DNA from: Actinomycetota bacterium
GTDB lineage: Bacteria > Actinomycetota > CADDZG01 > JAHWKV01 > JAOPZY01
Direction: 5' to 3'
DNA: 40,244 nt
Assembly (NCBI GenBank): GCA_025963875.1
Contig: JAOPZY010000175.1
Span: 1 to 40,244 of the forward strand
In this document: in pieces, positions 1 to 15,824 of the stretch
How the letters are laid out: every line of letters starts with the position of its first letter
Position numbering within the stretch: the first letter of the stretch is position 1
The notes under the pieces: generated by a model
Databases searched by the model: none
Told to the model about the DNA's origin: nothing
The model's input: only the letters and a program-made list of their open reading frames with translations
Translations under genes and position numbers: made by a program

Positions 1-10
1 GTGTTCAATC

Positions 11-586
11 CTAGCCGGTCCTGAAGGGGAACCCGAAGGCACCCAACAGCGCCCGTCCCTGCTCGTCGTTCGCCGCCGTCGTGGCGATGGTGATGTCCAT
101 CCCCCGGATCGTCGTCACCTTGTCGTAGTCGATCTCCGGGAAGATCAGCTGCTCGGTCACGCCGAAGCTGTAGTTGCCCTTGCCGTCGAACGAACGTGGG
201 TTGAGGCCCCGGAAGTCGCGGATCCGGGGCAGGGCCACCGACAGCAGCCGGTCGAGGAACTCCCACATCCGGTCACCCCGTATCGTCACCTTGGCGCCGA
301 TCGGCACGCCCTCGCGAAGCTTGAAGCCTGCGATCGATTTCCGGGCCTTCGTCACCATCGGCTTCTGACCGGTGATGATCCGCAGCTCGTTCACTGCCTC
401 GTCGAGCGTCTTGGCTTCCTTGACGGCCTCACCCACGCCCATGTTGACGACGATCTTCACGAGGCGGGGGACCGCCATGATGTTCAGGCCCGTCTCGGCC
501 ACGAGCCTGGGGCGGATCTCGTCGACGTAGCGGCGCTTGAAGCGCGGCTCGTAGCCGTTCGTTGCGGCAACGGTCCCGGTCGCCAT
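11..586 (-). CDS. rplE: 50S ribosomal protein L5
   Basis: [36 protein letters not shown] motifs; ATG at 586 overlaps the rplX TGA (the track's longer start is unlikely). Confidence 0.97.
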   Translation of the reverse strand: MATGTVAATNGYEPRFKRRYVDEIRPRLVAETGLNIMAVPRLVKIVVNMGVGEAVKEAKTLDEAVNELRIITGQKPMVTKARKSIAGFKLREGVPIGAKVTIRGDRMWEFLDRLLSVALPRIRDFRGLNPRSFDGKGNYSFGVTEQLIFPEIDYDKVTTIRGMDITIATTAANDEQGRALLGAFGFPFRTG

Positions 587-912
587 CAGGCGAGCTCCCC
601 CTCGCACGACCGGCAGATGCGGATCTTCGTGCCGTCTTCGGCAACGGAGAACCCGACGCGGGTCGGGCCGCAGTTGCTGCAGACCAGCGTGACGTTGGAC
701 AAGTCGACCGGGAGCTCCTTGGTGATGATGCCGCCCTCCTGGCCGCCGCCGCGGGCCGAGGGCCGCACCTTCTCGTGGCGCTTCACGCGGTTGACGCCCT
801 CGACGAGCACCCGGTTGCGGGCCGGCAGGACGGCGATCACGCGGCCCTCCTTGCCGGCGTCCTTGCCGGCCAGGACGTGGACCCGGTCACCCTTGCGCAC
901 GCGGGCAGCCAC
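586..912 (-). CDS. rplX: 50S ribosomal protein L24
   Basis: [22 protein letters not shown] motif, VEGVN; spc order. Confidence 0.97.
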   Translation of the reverse strand: MAARVRKGDRVHVLAGKDAGKEGRVIAVLPARNRVLVEGVNRVKRHEKVRPSARGGGQEGGIITKELPVDLSNVTLVCSNCGPTRVGFSVAEDGTKIRICRSCEGELA

Positions 913-1280
913 TAAAGGACCTCCGGCGCGAGCGAGATGATCTTCATGAAGCGCTTCTCCCTGAGCTCACGGGCCACGGGCCCGAAGACGCGGGTGCCGC
1001 GGGGGTTGTTCTGGTCGTTGATGATGACGACGGCGTTGTCGTCGAAGCGGATGTAGCTGCCGTCGGGGCGTCGCTTCTCCTTGGCCGTGCGAACCACGAC
1101 CGCCTTCACGACGTCACCCTTCTTGACCTGCTGGTTGGGCAGGGCGTCCTTGACCGCGGCGACGATGATGTCGCCCACGCGGGCGTACCGGCGCTGGGAG
1201 CCGCCCAGGACCTTGATGACGAGCACCTCCCGGGCACCCGTGTTGTCGGCCACCCTGCACCGCGACTCCTGCTGGATCAC
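912..1280 (-). CDS. rplN: 50S ribosomal protein L14
   Basis: [14 protein letters not shown]...FDDNAVV...[20 protein letters not shown]. Confidence 0.98.
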   Translation of the reverse strand: MIQQESRCRVADNTGAREVLVIKVLGGSQRRYARVGDIIVAAVKDALPNQQVKKGDVVKAVVVRTAKEKRRPDGSYIRFDDNAVVIINDQNNPRGTRVFGPVARELREKRFMKIISLAPEVL

Positions 1281-1543
1281 TTCGCCCTCTCAAGCACTTC
1301 GACAACCCTCCACCGCTTCAGCTTCGACAGCGGCCGCGTCTCCATGATGCGCACCGTGTCGCCGACCTTGATGGCGTTGGTCTCGTCGTGGGCGTAGAGG
1401 TTCTTCCGCCGGCGATAGATCTTCGGATAGAGGGGGTGGCGGATCGTCTGCGTGATCTGCACCACCACGGTCTTGTCCATGCGATCGGACGTCACGATGC
1501 CCAAACGCACCTTGCGCTGCGGTCGCTCCTCGACTTCACTCAC
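1277..1543 (-). CDS. rpsQ: 30S ribosomal protein S17
   Basis: [19 protein letters not shown]...HDE...[18 protein letters not shown]; probable GTG start at 1543. Confidence 0.95.
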   Translation of the reverse strand: MSEVEERPQRKVRLGIVTSDRMDKTVVVQITQTIRHPLYPKIYRRRKNLYAHDETNAIKVGDTVRIMETRPLSKLKRWRVVEVLERAK

Positions 1544-1934
1544 TCTCTTCAGCCTCCGCCTCTTCTGCAGCCTCTTCGCTCGATCCCGTTGCCTCGGTTG
1601 CCTCGTCCGCAGCCGCTTCCTCCTCCTCGCCGCGCCCACGGCGCAGGCCCCGCCGCCGCCTGGGCTCGGCGCCCGCCTCTTCCTTCTCCCGCTCGCGGCG
1701 GCGACGCCCCCGCTCGACCTCTTCCGGCTCCGGCTCGTGGCCGATGCCGAGGTCACGCTCGCGCTGGATGGAGCGGAGCCGGGCGACGTCCTTCCGGAGC
1801 TGGCCGAGCCGGCTGTAGTTCTCGAGCTGGCCGGTGGCGTGCTGGAAGCGGAGGTTGAACAGCTCCTCCTTCACCTCGTCGAGGCGCGTTTGCAACTCCT
1901 CAGAGGGTAGCTCACGAAGCTCCGCGGTTTTCAA
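1536..1934 (-). CDS. rpmC: 50S ribosomal protein L29 with long charged C-terminal extension
   Basis: [10 protein letters not shown]...[30 protein letters not shown] followed by about 65 aa rich in R/E/A. Confidence 0.95.
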   Translation of the reverse strand: MKTAELRELPSEELQTRLDEVKEELFNLRFQHATGQLENYSRLGQLRKDVARLRSIQRERDLGIGHEPEPEEVERGRRRREREKEEAGAEPRRRRGLRRGRGEEEEAAADEATEATGSSEEAAEEAEAEESE

Positions 1935-2350
1935 ACCTCTCCACCCTCCCGCCGGACGAACCGGGTGTGAATGGGCAGCTTGTGGCCGGCGAGCCGCATG
2001 GCCTCGGCGGCGACGGGCTCGGCGACGCCTGCGAGCTCGAACATGACCCGGCCCGGCTTCACGACTGCCACCCAGCCCTCGGGGTTGCCCTTGCCGGACC
2101 CCATCCGGGTCTCGGCGGGCTTCTTCGTGTACGGCTTGTCGGGGAAGATGTTGATCCAGACCTTGCCGCCGCGCTTGACGTGACGGGTGATGGCGACACG
2201 AGCGGACTCGATCTGGCGGCTCGTGATCCAGCCGGGCTCGATTGCCTGGAGGCCGAAGTCGCCGAAGTTGACCTTGGTGCCACCCTTGGACAGCCCCCGC
2301 ATGCGGCCGCGGTGCTGCTTGCGATGCTTGACCTTCTTCGGGCTAAGCAC
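1931..2350 (-). CDS. rplP: 50S ribosomal protein L16
   Basis: (V)[14 protein letters not shown]...[16 protein letters not shown] start at 2350 with GGAGG upstream. Confidence 0.97.
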   Translation of the reverse strand: MLSPKKVKHRKQHRGRMRGLSKGGTKVNFGDFGLQAIEPGWITSRQIESARVAITRHVKRGGKVWINIFPDKPYTKKPAETRMGSGKGNPEGWVAVVKPGRVMFELAGVAEPVAAEAMRLAGHKLPIHTRFVRREGGEV

Positions 2351-3320
2351 CGGGGGCTCCTCCCGGCGTCTGGGGCGCCGGCGGCGCCGGCTCCACGGGA
2401 ACGGACGGAGCGGCCGGGACGGCCGCAGGTGCCCGAGCTGGGGCGGTCTGGGCAGCCGGTGCCGGACGGGGCTCGCGCCGCTGACCCCTGCCTCCGCCGC
2501 CACCCGGCCCACCGGAACGGGGGCCGCCCTGGCCACCGCCTCGGCCCGAGGGCCGCGACGGGCGGTCGGTGCCTGCGGATGCCGCCGGTGCAGCCGTCTG
2601 GCCCGCAGCCGCCGCCTCCTGCTCCGCGGCGCGCCGGCGGGCGGTTGCCTCCCGGACCGGGACGACGTCGCCCTTGTAGATCCAGACCTTGACCCCGATG
2701 CGCCCGAAGGTGGTCCGGGCCTCCGTGAAGCCGTAGTCGATGTCGGCCCGGAGCGTGTGCAGGGGGACCTTGCCTTCGTGGTAGCCCTCGCGCCGGCTCA
2801 TCTCGGCCCCGCCCAGCCGGCCGGCGCAGGAGATCTTGACGCCCTGCGCCCCGGCCTTGATCGCCGTGTTCACCGCCTTGCGCATCGCACGGCGGAACGA
2901 CACGCGGGACGACAGCTGCTCGGCGACGGCCTGGGCCAGGAGCTGCGAGTCCAGGTCGGGGGTCTTCACCTCGATGATGTTCAGCTGGACCTGGATGTTC
3001 ACGTCCTTGCCCGTGACGGCGCGGGCTGCCTTGGTCTCCATCTGCTCCAGGGTGCCGCGGATCTCGTCGGCCTGGACACCCCGGCGGCCGATGACGATGC
3101 CCGGCCGGGCGGTGTGGACGTCGACCCGGACACGCTCACGGGTCCGCTCGATCTCGATCCGGCTGATCGCGGCGTGCGGGAGGAGGTTCTTCAGGTACTC
3201 ACGGATGCGGTCGTCGGAGAGCACGTACTGGCGGTACTGATTGCCCTCGGCGTACCAGCGGGACTTCCAGTCGGTGACGATACCCAGCCGGAACCCGTAC
3301 GGATGAACTTTGTGACCCAC
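2343..3320 (-). CDS. rpsC: 30S ribosomal protein S3 with low-complexity C-terminal tail
   Basis: (V)[26 protein letters not shown] motif, [25 protein letters not shown] start at 3320. Confidence 0.97.
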   Translation of the reverse strand: MGHKVHPYGFRLGIVTDWKSRWYAEGNQYRQYVLSDDRIREYLKNLLPHAAISRIEIERTRERVRVDVHTARPGIVIGRRGVQADEIRGTLEQMETKAARAVTGKDVNIQVQLNIIEVKTPDLDSQLLAQAVAEQLSSRVSFRRAMRKAVNTAIKAGAQGVKISCAGRLGGAEMSRREGYHEGKVPLHTLRADIDYGFTEARTTFGRIGVKVWIYKGDVVPVREATARRRAAEQEAAAAGQTAAPAASAGTDRPSRPSGRGGGQGGPRSGGPGGGGGRGQRREPRPAPAAQTAPARAPAAVPAAPSVPVEPAPPAPQTPGGAPGA

Positions 3321-3322
3321 GC

Positions 3323-3910
3323 TCAGTTGCCTCCCTTGGCCGGCCTTGGCATCTGGCGACGCCCGCCGCTGCCCTTTGTGTCGCTCTTTTTCTCTGTCTT
3401 CGGTCCGCTTCGTCCGGCCGCCCGCAGTCCGGCCCTGGTCCTGGGGGCCTTCGGCGCTGCCGCCGCGGCGGCACCCTGGCTGCGGCGCCACCGGCGACCG
3501 CCTGCCTCCTCGCCGGTCTGGCGGGCGGAGGTGCGCGGCGCCGGTTCGGTGCCCCGGCGCTCGACGATGATGTGGAGGTGGCTCGTCCGCTTGCGGATGC
3601 GGTACGCCCGGCCGAGCGCTCGAGGGCGGAACCGCTTGAGCGTCGGCCCCTCGTCGGCCTTGACCTCCTTGACGAACAGCTCGTGGGCGGCAAGGTCGTG
3701 GTTGTGCTCGGCGTTGGCGATGGCCGCCTCCAGCACCTTGGAGATCTCGTGGCTGGCGGCCTTGGGGGTGAAGGCGAGGATCCGGCGCGCCTCGTCGATG
3801 TGGGTGCCCCGGATCAGGGCAGCCACCTGGTTGAGCTTCGGCGAGCTGATGCGCAGGTAGCGCGCACCGGCCGTCGCCTGCCGGTTCACTTCGGCCCTCG
3901 TCTTCGCCAT
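3323..3910 (-). CDS. rplV: 50S ribosomal protein L22 with basic C-terminal extension
   Basis: [10 protein letters not shown]...ANAEHN...[29 protein letters not shown] at 3910. Confidence 0.96.
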   Translation of the reverse strand: MAKTRAEVNRQATAGARYLRISSPKLNQVAALIRGTHIDEARRILAFTPKAASHEISKVLEAAIANAEHNHDLAAHELFVKEVKADEGPTLKRFRPRALGRAYRIRKRTSHLHIIVERRGTEPAPRTSARQTGEEAGGRRWRRSQGAAAAAAPKAPRTRAGLRAAGRSGPKTEKKSDTKGSGGRRQMPRPAKGGN

Positions 3911-3912
3911 GA

Positions 3913-4197
3913 CTACTTCAGCCTCGAGCTTCGTTCGGTGTGGTGTCCGTGCGTGCGGAACGTGCGGGTGGGAGCGAACTCGCCCAGCTTGTGGCCCACC
4001 ATCGACTCCGTGACGTAGACCGGCACGTGCTTGCGGCCGTCGTGCACCGCCAGCGTGTGGCCCACCATGTCCGGGATCAGCGTCGACCGGCGCGACCACG
4101 TCTTGATGACCCGCTTGTCGCCGCGTTTGTTCAGCTCGTCGACCTTCTTCAACAGATGGTCGTCGACAAACGGACCCTTGCTCAGTGACCTCGGCAC
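3913..4197 (-). CDS. rpsS: 30S ribosomal protein S19
   Basis: [11 protein letters not shown]...IKTWSRRS...[30 protein letters not shown] start at 4197. Confidence 0.97.
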   Translation of the reverse strand: MPRSLSKGPFVDDHLLKKVDELNKRGDKRVIKTWSRRSTLIPDMVGHTLAVHDGRKHVPVYVTESMVGHKLGEFAPTRTFRTHGHHTERSSRLK

Positions 4198-4199
4198 CC

Positions 4200-5033
4200 C
4201 TACCCTCCTCGCTTCGCTCCGCGCCGCCGGACGATGGCGGTGTCGGAGTACTTGCCCTTCTTCCGGGTCCTGCCTTCCTTCTTGCCCCACGGCGACGTCG
4301 GGTTCCGGCCACCGGAGGCCTTGCCCTCGCCACCGCCCAAGGGGTGGTCGATGGGGTTCATCGCCACGCCCCGGACGCTCGGCCGCTTGCCCTGCCAGCG
4401 ACTCCGCCCCGCCTTGCCGACCGAGATCAGCTCGGACTCCGAGTTCCCGACCTCGCCGACCGTGGCACGGCACCCGACAGGGATGAGCCGCATCTCCCCC
4501 GAGGGAAGCCGCAGCGTGGCCATGACTGCCTCCTTGGCCACCAGCTGGACCGAAGCACCGGCCGAGCGGGCAATCTTCGCGCCGCCACCCTGCTTCAACT
4601 CCACATTATGAACCACGGTGCCCACGGGGATGTTCTTGAGGGGGAGGGCATTGCCCGGCCGGATCTCCGCCGTGGTCCCGCTCATGAGCATGTCGCCCAC
4701 CGACACCTTGTCCGGGCAGACGATGTAGCGCTTCTCGCCGTCGACGTAGTGCAGCAGGGCGATGCGGGCGGTGCGGTTGGGGTCGTACTCGATGTGGGCC
4801 ACCTTGGCCGGGATCCCGTCCTTGTCCCGGCGGAAGTCGATCAGGCGGTACTGCTGCTTGTGGCCCCCGCCCTGGTGGCGCGTCGTGATCCTGCCGTGGA
4901 CGTTGCGCCCCGCCTGCTTCGGCTTGGGGACGACGAGCGAGCGCTCGGGGTGGTCCCGCGTGATCTCGGAGAAGTCGGCGAACGACATCCCCCGTCGTCC
5001 GGGGGTGGTGGGCTTGGCCTTGCGGATGGTCAT
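4200..5033 (-). CDS. rplB: 50S ribosomal protein L2
   Basis: [31 protein letters not shown]. Confidence 0.98.
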   Translation of the reverse strand: MTIRKAKPTTPGRRGMSFADFSEITRDHPERSLVVPKPKQAGRNVHGRITTRHQGGGHKQQYRLIDFRRDKDGIPAKVAHIEYDPNRTARIALLHYVDGEKRYIVCPDKVSVGDMLMSGTTAEIRPGNALPLKNIPVGTVVHNVELKQGGGAKIARSAGASVQLVAKEAVMATLRLPSGEMRLIPVGCRATVGEVGNSESELISVGKAGRSRWQGKRPSVRGVAMNPIDHPLGGGEGKASGGRNPTSPWGKKEGRTRKKGKYSDTAIVRRRGAKRGG

Positions 5034-5043
5034 GGTCGGATCC

Positions 5044-5331
5044 CTACCGTGTCTCGAAGAGTTCGATCTTGTCGCCTTCGGCGAGCTTGACGATGGCTCG
5101 CTTCGAGCTTGCCCGTGTGCCGGTCATGTTCCGCGTGCGCTTGGTCTTGCCCTTGCGGTTGCTGGTGTTGACGCCGACCACCTTCACACCCCAGATCTCC
5201 TCCACCGCGTGGCGGACGTCGATCTTCGTGGCCTCGCGCGGCACGATGAAGGTGTAGGTATCGTGGTCGATCAGCCCGTAGGACTTCTCGCTGACGACCG
5301 GGCGCAGGATGATGTCGCGGGCGGCGGTCAT
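5044..5331 (-). CDS. rplW: 50S ribosomal protein L23
   Basis: [13 protein letters not shown]...YTFIV...[16 protein letters not shown]...KRAIVKL. Confidence 0.96.
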   Translation of the reverse strand: MTAARDIILRPVVSEKSYGLIDHDTYTFIVPREATKIDVRHAVEEIWGVKVVGVNTSNRKGKTKRTRNMTGTRASSKRAIVKLAEGDKIELFETR

Positions 5332-6062
5332 TCGGCCTCACCTGCCTCCGCTTCAGAAAACACTTCCGGGCTCTCGTCCTCAGGGGCGGTGGCCTCAGGT
5401 GCGGCCTCAGGAGCGGCGGCCGCGGTCTCGAACTCGACGTCGGACTTTGTTATCTGCTGCAGCGCCTCCCGGGTCAACACGACGACGTCGGCGGCGAGCA
5501 CCCGGTACGTCGTCGGACCCTGGACCATGAGGACGTTGGGGAGGTTGCGGAACGACTTCCACGTGTCGATGTGCTCGGCGGGGTCGCGGTGGCCGGTCAC
5601 GATCAGCACCTTGCCGCTCGCACCCCACATCTCCAGCAACTCCACGGCTCGCTTCGTCTTCGGCGCCTCGAAGGCGGGAAGGTCGACCACCACGATGCTG
5701 CCCTCGCGGGCGCGGTCGCTGAGGGCCCCCTTGAGGGCCAGGGCACGGGTCTTCTTCGTGAGGCTGAAGGCGTAGTCGCGCGGCTTGGGGCCGTGGGCCA
5801 CACCGCCGCCGACCCACTGCGGCTCGCGGATGGAGCCGTGGCGTGCCCGGCCGGTGCCCTTCTGGCGCCACGGCTTGCGCCCGCCGCCGCGGACCTCGGC
5901 CCGGGTCTTCGTGGAGTGGGTGCCGGCCCGGATGGCGGCGAGGTGCGCCTTGACCACCGCGTGCATGACGGGGACGTTGGGTTCGACATCGAAGATCTCG
6001 TCGGGCAGAGAGACGGTGCCGGCCTGAGCACCCTCGCCGTCGACGTAGGTCGCCACGCTCAT
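5328..6062 (-). CDS. rplD: 50S ribosomal protein L4
   Basis: GTHSTKTRAEVRGGGRKPWRQKGTGRARHGS; ATG at 6062 overlapping the rplC stop. Confidence 0.96.
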   Translation of the reverse strand: MSVATYVDGEGAQAGTVSLPDEIFDVEPNVPVMHAVVKAHLAAIRAGTHSTKTRAEVRGGGRKPWRQKGTGRARHGSIREPQWVGGGVAHGPKPRDYAFSLTKKTRALALKGALSDRAREGSIVVVDLPAFEAPKTKRAVELLEMWGASGKVLIVTGHRDPAEHIDTWKSFRNLPNVLMVQGPTTYRVLAADVVVLTREALQQITKSDVEFETAAAAPEAAPEATAPEDESPEVFSEAEAGEAE

Positions 6063-6718
6063 CAGGCCTTCGCCTCCTTTGCCCGCACGGACGACCGGAC
6101 CAGCACCAGGCAGCCGTTGGGGCCGGGCACGGCGCCGCGGATGAGCAGGAGGTTGCGCCTGGGGTCCGCCTCGACGACCTCGAGGTTGAGGATGGTGACG
6201 CGGCCGGCGCCGAGGTGGCCACCCATCTTCATCCCCTTGAAGATGCGGGACGGGGTGGCGCTGGCGCCGACGGAGCCGGGGGAGCGGTGCTTGCGCTCGG
6301 TACCGTGGCTCGACGAGAGGCCCTTGAAGCCGTGGCGGCGCATGACGCCCGAGAAGCCCTTGCCCTTGGAGTTGGCCACGACGTCGACCCGCTCCCCTTT
6401 GGCGAAGACGTCCGCCAGGATCTCCTGGCCGAGCTCGAAGCCGTCGGTCGTCGCCAGGCGCAGCTCGACGAGGTGGCGCATCGGCGGCAGGGAGACGGTC
6501 TTCAGATGGCCGAGCTCGGGGCGGTTCAGCTTGCGCTCCGGTACCTCGCCGAAGGCGAGCTGGATGGCCGAGTAGCCGTCCTTCTCGGGGCTGCGCACCG
6601 CCGAGATCCGGCACGGCCCGGCCTGGACCACCGTCACCGGAATGACCCTGGAAGCCTCGTCAAAAATCTGGGTCATCCCGATCTTGGTGCCCAGGATCCC
6701 CTTGGTTACGTCAGCCAT
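6062..6718 (-). CDS. rplC: 50S ribosomal protein L3
   Basis: [44 protein letters not shown]. Confidence 0.98.
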   Translation of the reverse strand: MADVTKGILGTKIGMTQIFDEASRVIPVTVVQAGPCRISAVRSPEKDGYSAIQLAFGEVPERKLNRPELGHLKTVSLPPMRHLVELRLATTDGFELGQEILADVFAKGERVDVVANSKGKGFSGVMRRHGFKGLSSSHGTERKHRSPGSVGASATPSRIFKGMKMGGHLGAGRVTILNLEVVEADPRRNLLLIRGAVPGPNGCLVLVRSSVRAKEAKA

Positions 6719-6728
6719 TGGTTCTCCC

Positions 6729-7043
6729 CTACAGGTTGAGCTTGATCTCGATGTCGACGCCTGCCGGCAGGTCCAGCCGCTGCAGCGAGTCGACCGTCTT
6801 GGGCGTCGGATCGAGGATGTCGATCATCCGCTTGTGGGTCCGCATCTCGAAGTGCTCCCGCGAGTCCTTGTCCTTGTGCGGGGAGCGGATGACCGTCACC
6901 CGCTCGATGCGCGTGGGCAGCGGGATGGGCCCGTGGACACCGGCGCCCGTCCGGGTCACGGTGTCGACGATCTTGCGTGCGCTCTGGTCGATGACCTCGT
7001 GGTCGTACGCCTTCAGCTTTATGCGGATCTTCTGGGTCGCCAT
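6729..7043 (-). CDS. rpsJ: 30S ribosomal protein S10
   Basis: [11 protein letters not shown]...GPIPLPT...[20 protein letters not shown]. Confidence 0.98.
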   Translation of the reverse strand: MATQKIRIKLKAYDHEVIDQSARKIVDTVTRTGAGVHGPIPLPTRIERVTVIRSPHKDKDSREHFEMRTHKRMIDILDPTPKTVDSLQRLDLPAGVDIEIKLNL

Positions 7044-7084
7044 CGTCTTCCTACGGCTCTCTTCTCGTCGTGCGCTCGGTCGTG

Positions 7085-9235
<2,151 letters not shown>

Positions 9236-9310
9236 CGCCTTTACCACCAACCCTTCCAACCCCCCAACGGATATCCCAATCTCGCTACCTTCCTGCAACC
9301 ATTTCCTGGC

Positions 9311-9342
9311 AACAAAACGGCCGGGAGACAGACTCCCGGCCG
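9311..9342 (-). terminator. Intrinsic terminator-like hairpin between rpsG and fusA
   Basis: Minus strand CGGCCGGGAG-tctgt-CTCCCGGCCG followed by TTTTGTT. Confidence 0.65.
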
Positions 9343-9476
9343 GGCGGCTTCGCTGCACGCAAACCTATGTCTGCGAAACCACCCGCTTGCTTCTGACCAA
9401 AGCTGCCCCCTGTACGCGTGTGCGTCGGAAACGTACGTTCCAGGTTACCCCAACACCGGCGTGCCGGCCCGGAGCA

Positions 9477-9947
9477 TCACCACCTGTAGTGCGCGAACGC
9501 CTTATTCGCTTCCGCCATCTTGTGCAGGTCCTCCCGCCGCTTCACGGAAGCACCGACCCCATTTGCTGCATCCATCAATTCACCGGCCAGCCTGGCCTCC
9601 ATCGTCCGCTCTCGCCGTGCCCGCGAGAAGTTGACGATCCAGCGGATCGCCAGCGTCGTCGAGCGCCGGGAGGGCACCTCCATGGGAACCTGGTAGGTGG
9701 CCCCGCCGACCCGCCGCGACTTGACCTCGATGAGCGGCCGGACGGAGTCGGTGGCCTTGCGGAGCGTCTGGGTGGGATCGCCGCCCGTCTTCTCGGAGAT
9801 GATCTTCAGCGCCCCGTAGACGATCTTCTCGGCGAGCGACCGCTTGCCCCGCAACATCAGCCGGTTGATGAACTGCGTCGCCAGCGGGTTGTGGTAGACC
9901 GGGTCGGGCTTCGGCTCCCGCTTGATGGCTGGTCCTTTGCGTGGCAT
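9477..9947 (-). CDS. rpsG: 30S ribosomal protein S7
   Basis: MPRKGP...PDPVY...[15 protein letters not shown]...[16 protein letters not shown] at 9947. Confidence 0.98.
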   Translation of the reverse strand: MPRKGPAIKREPKPDPVYHNPLATQFINRLMLRGKRSLAEKIVYGALKIISEKTGGDPTQTLRKATDSVRPLIEVKSRRVGGATYQVPMEVPSRRSTTLAIRWIVNFSRARRERTMEARLAGELMDAANGVGASVKRREDLHKMAEANKAFAHYRW

Positions 9948-9951
9948 CCCT

Positions 9952-10323
<372 letters not shown>

Positions 10324-10471
10324 CGTACGTCCTTCTTTCTTTCTCTCGTTTCTTCCCTGTCTATTCGCGCGTGTGCCCGCGTCCCAACCGGTATCACGCT
10401 GCTTCGGGCGGCTGGGAGGCAGGCTGCACCTCGTCCGATTCCCCTGACGGGGGGCCGAGGCGCGAGCAATC

Positions 10472-10500
10472 AACGTAGCACCTAGATGATACCTGGTCAA
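10472..10500 (-). promoter_or_regulatory. Housekeeping-sigma promoter of the rpsL (str) operon
   Basis: Minus strand TTGACC-17 nt-TACGTT with an extended -10 TG. Confidence 0.7.
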
Positions 10501-10520
10501 CGGGGGTGGTCGCCGTGGGC

Positions 10521-10561
10521 TGGCAGGGATTTCCCCCACATAGTGTGGGCTTTTCCTGCCA
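10521..10561. repeat. Imperfect palindrome upstream of the AbiEi/DUF559 gene
   Basis: TGGCAGG-7nt-CCCACA-tag-TGTGGG-5nt-CCTGCCA. Confidence 0.6.
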
Positions 10562-10600
10562 CCTGCCCCCCTCCAGAGCAGTTTGTGCTTATCTATACCC

Positions 10601-11509
10601 ATGAACGATATCGAACGTGCCATTATGGCTCTTACGGAGAGGCAGCATGGGGCAATCTCCCGCCGTCAGGCGCTTCGCGGAGGCATGTCGGCACGGGCTA
10701 TCGAGCATCGACTCGCCTCCGGCGAATGGGTCCGCCTGTTACGCGGCGCCTACCGCCTCGGGGGGGCGGAGTGCACCTGGGAGCAAAAGATCATGGCCGC
10801 CACTCTGGTGGCAGGCCCTGGCGCGGTGGCATCGCACCGGGCGGCGGCGGCGCTGGTCGGCATGCCCGGAGTGCCGAGGTGGCTCGAAGTCACCGTACCG
10901 CGACCGCGCCAGGTTGCTGTCGAGGGGGTCATCGCCCATCAGACGCGGCTGCTGGTTCCCGAGGACATTGGCCAGGTAAAGGGCATTCCGGTGACGACGG
11001 CGGGGCGGACCATCGCCGACCTGTCCAGGGTGTACTCGAAGGCGAAGATGGACCCCATCCTCAACTACGCCATGGCGAACCGGCTTGTGACGCGGGCGGA
11101 GATGGTGGGCCGGGCTACCGGACGCAAGCACGACGATGTTCTGCGCAAACTTCTGGCGGAGCGGCCGGCTTCGGCTCGGCCGATGGGGAGTGAGTTCGAG
11201 GCAGCCCTCTTTCGGGCGCTCCGGGATGCCGGCCTGCCGCTGCCCGTGCCGCAGTACCGGATCCTGATGGCGGACGGGGGCGAGGTCTTCCTCGATTTCG
11301 CCTACCCCGAGGTGAAGCTGGCCATCGAGGCGGACAGCTTCATCTGGCACGCCTCGCTGGCAGCCTGGCAGCGGGACCGGGCCCGGAATGGCGACCTGGT
11401 CGCGATGGGGTGGTCGATCCTGCCGATCACCTGCGATCTGGTCATGTTCCATCCGGCCGAGGTGGCCCGCCGGGTGGGTTCCTCTCTCAAGATCCGGCGA
11501 GCGGGGTAG
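10601..11509 (+). CDS. AbiEi-like N-terminal domain + DUF559 (Vsr-like PD-(D/E)XK nuclease) protein
   Basis: N-term [16 protein letters not shown]...[16 protein letters not shown]-term [21 protein letters not shown]...[21 protein letters not shown] at 10601. Confidence 0.8.
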   Translation: MNDIERAIMALTERQHGAISRRQALRGGMSARAIEHRLASGEWVRLLRGAYRLGGAECTWEQKIMAATLVAGPGAVASHRAAAALVGMPGVPRWLEVTVPRPRQVAVEGVIAHQTRLLVPEDIGQVKGIPVTTAGRTIADLSRVYSKAKMDPILNYAMANRLVTRAEMVGRATGRKHDDVLRKLLAERPASARPMGSEFEAALFRALRDAGLPLPVPQYRILMADGGEVFLDFAYPEVKLAIEADSFIWHASLAAWQRDRARNGDLVAMGWSILPITCDLVMFHPAEVARRVGSSLKIRRAG

Positions 11510-11526
11510 GCGGATAGGCTCAGAGC

Positions 11527-11802
11527 ATGGCCCAGCCGCTCCCAAAGACCAACGGCCTGGCCATCGCCGCCGTGGTCATGGGTATATCCGGCGTGCTCAG
11601 CGCCTGGCTCCTGCTTCCCTCGATCCTCGCCGTGGTGTTCGGTCTCGTAAGCCATTCCCAGATCAAGCGCTCAGCGGGGATGCAGGAGGGTCGGGGCCTC
11701 GCCATCGCCGGCCTCGTGCTCGGCGCCGACGGACTGCTGGTGGGACTGATCTGGGTGCTCGTCGTCGTCAGCTTCGGGGGCCTCCGCCTCCTGCCCGTCT
11801 AA
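11527..11802 (+). CDS. DUF4190-like two-TM membrane protein
   Basis: KTNGLAIAAVVMGI...ILAVVFGLVSHSQIKRS....GRGLAIAGLVLG pattern. Confidence 0.75.
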   Translation: MAQPLPKTNGLAIAAVVMGISGVLSAWLLLPSILAVVFGLVSHSQIKRSAGMQEGRGLAIAGLVLGADGLLVGLIWVLVVVSFGGLRLLPV

Positions 11803-11832
11803 AGCAAAGGGGGCGCCCGGAGGCGCCCCCTT
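11801..11832 (-). terminator. Terminator after rpoC (possibly bidirectional with the convergent DUF4190 gene)
   Basis: AAGGGGGCGCC-cgga-GGCGCCCCCTT 11-bp stem with a T-rich tail on the minus strand. Confidence 0.75.
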
Positions 11833-11852
11833 CACCAAAGCTTCGAGGTCCG

Positions 11853-15824
<3,972 letters not shown>

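Noticed and set aside
9236..9358. Extended fusA N-terminus from the ORF track (757 aa)
   Set aside because: The extension runs through the terminator hairpin and has no EF-G similarity; ATG at 9235 is preferred
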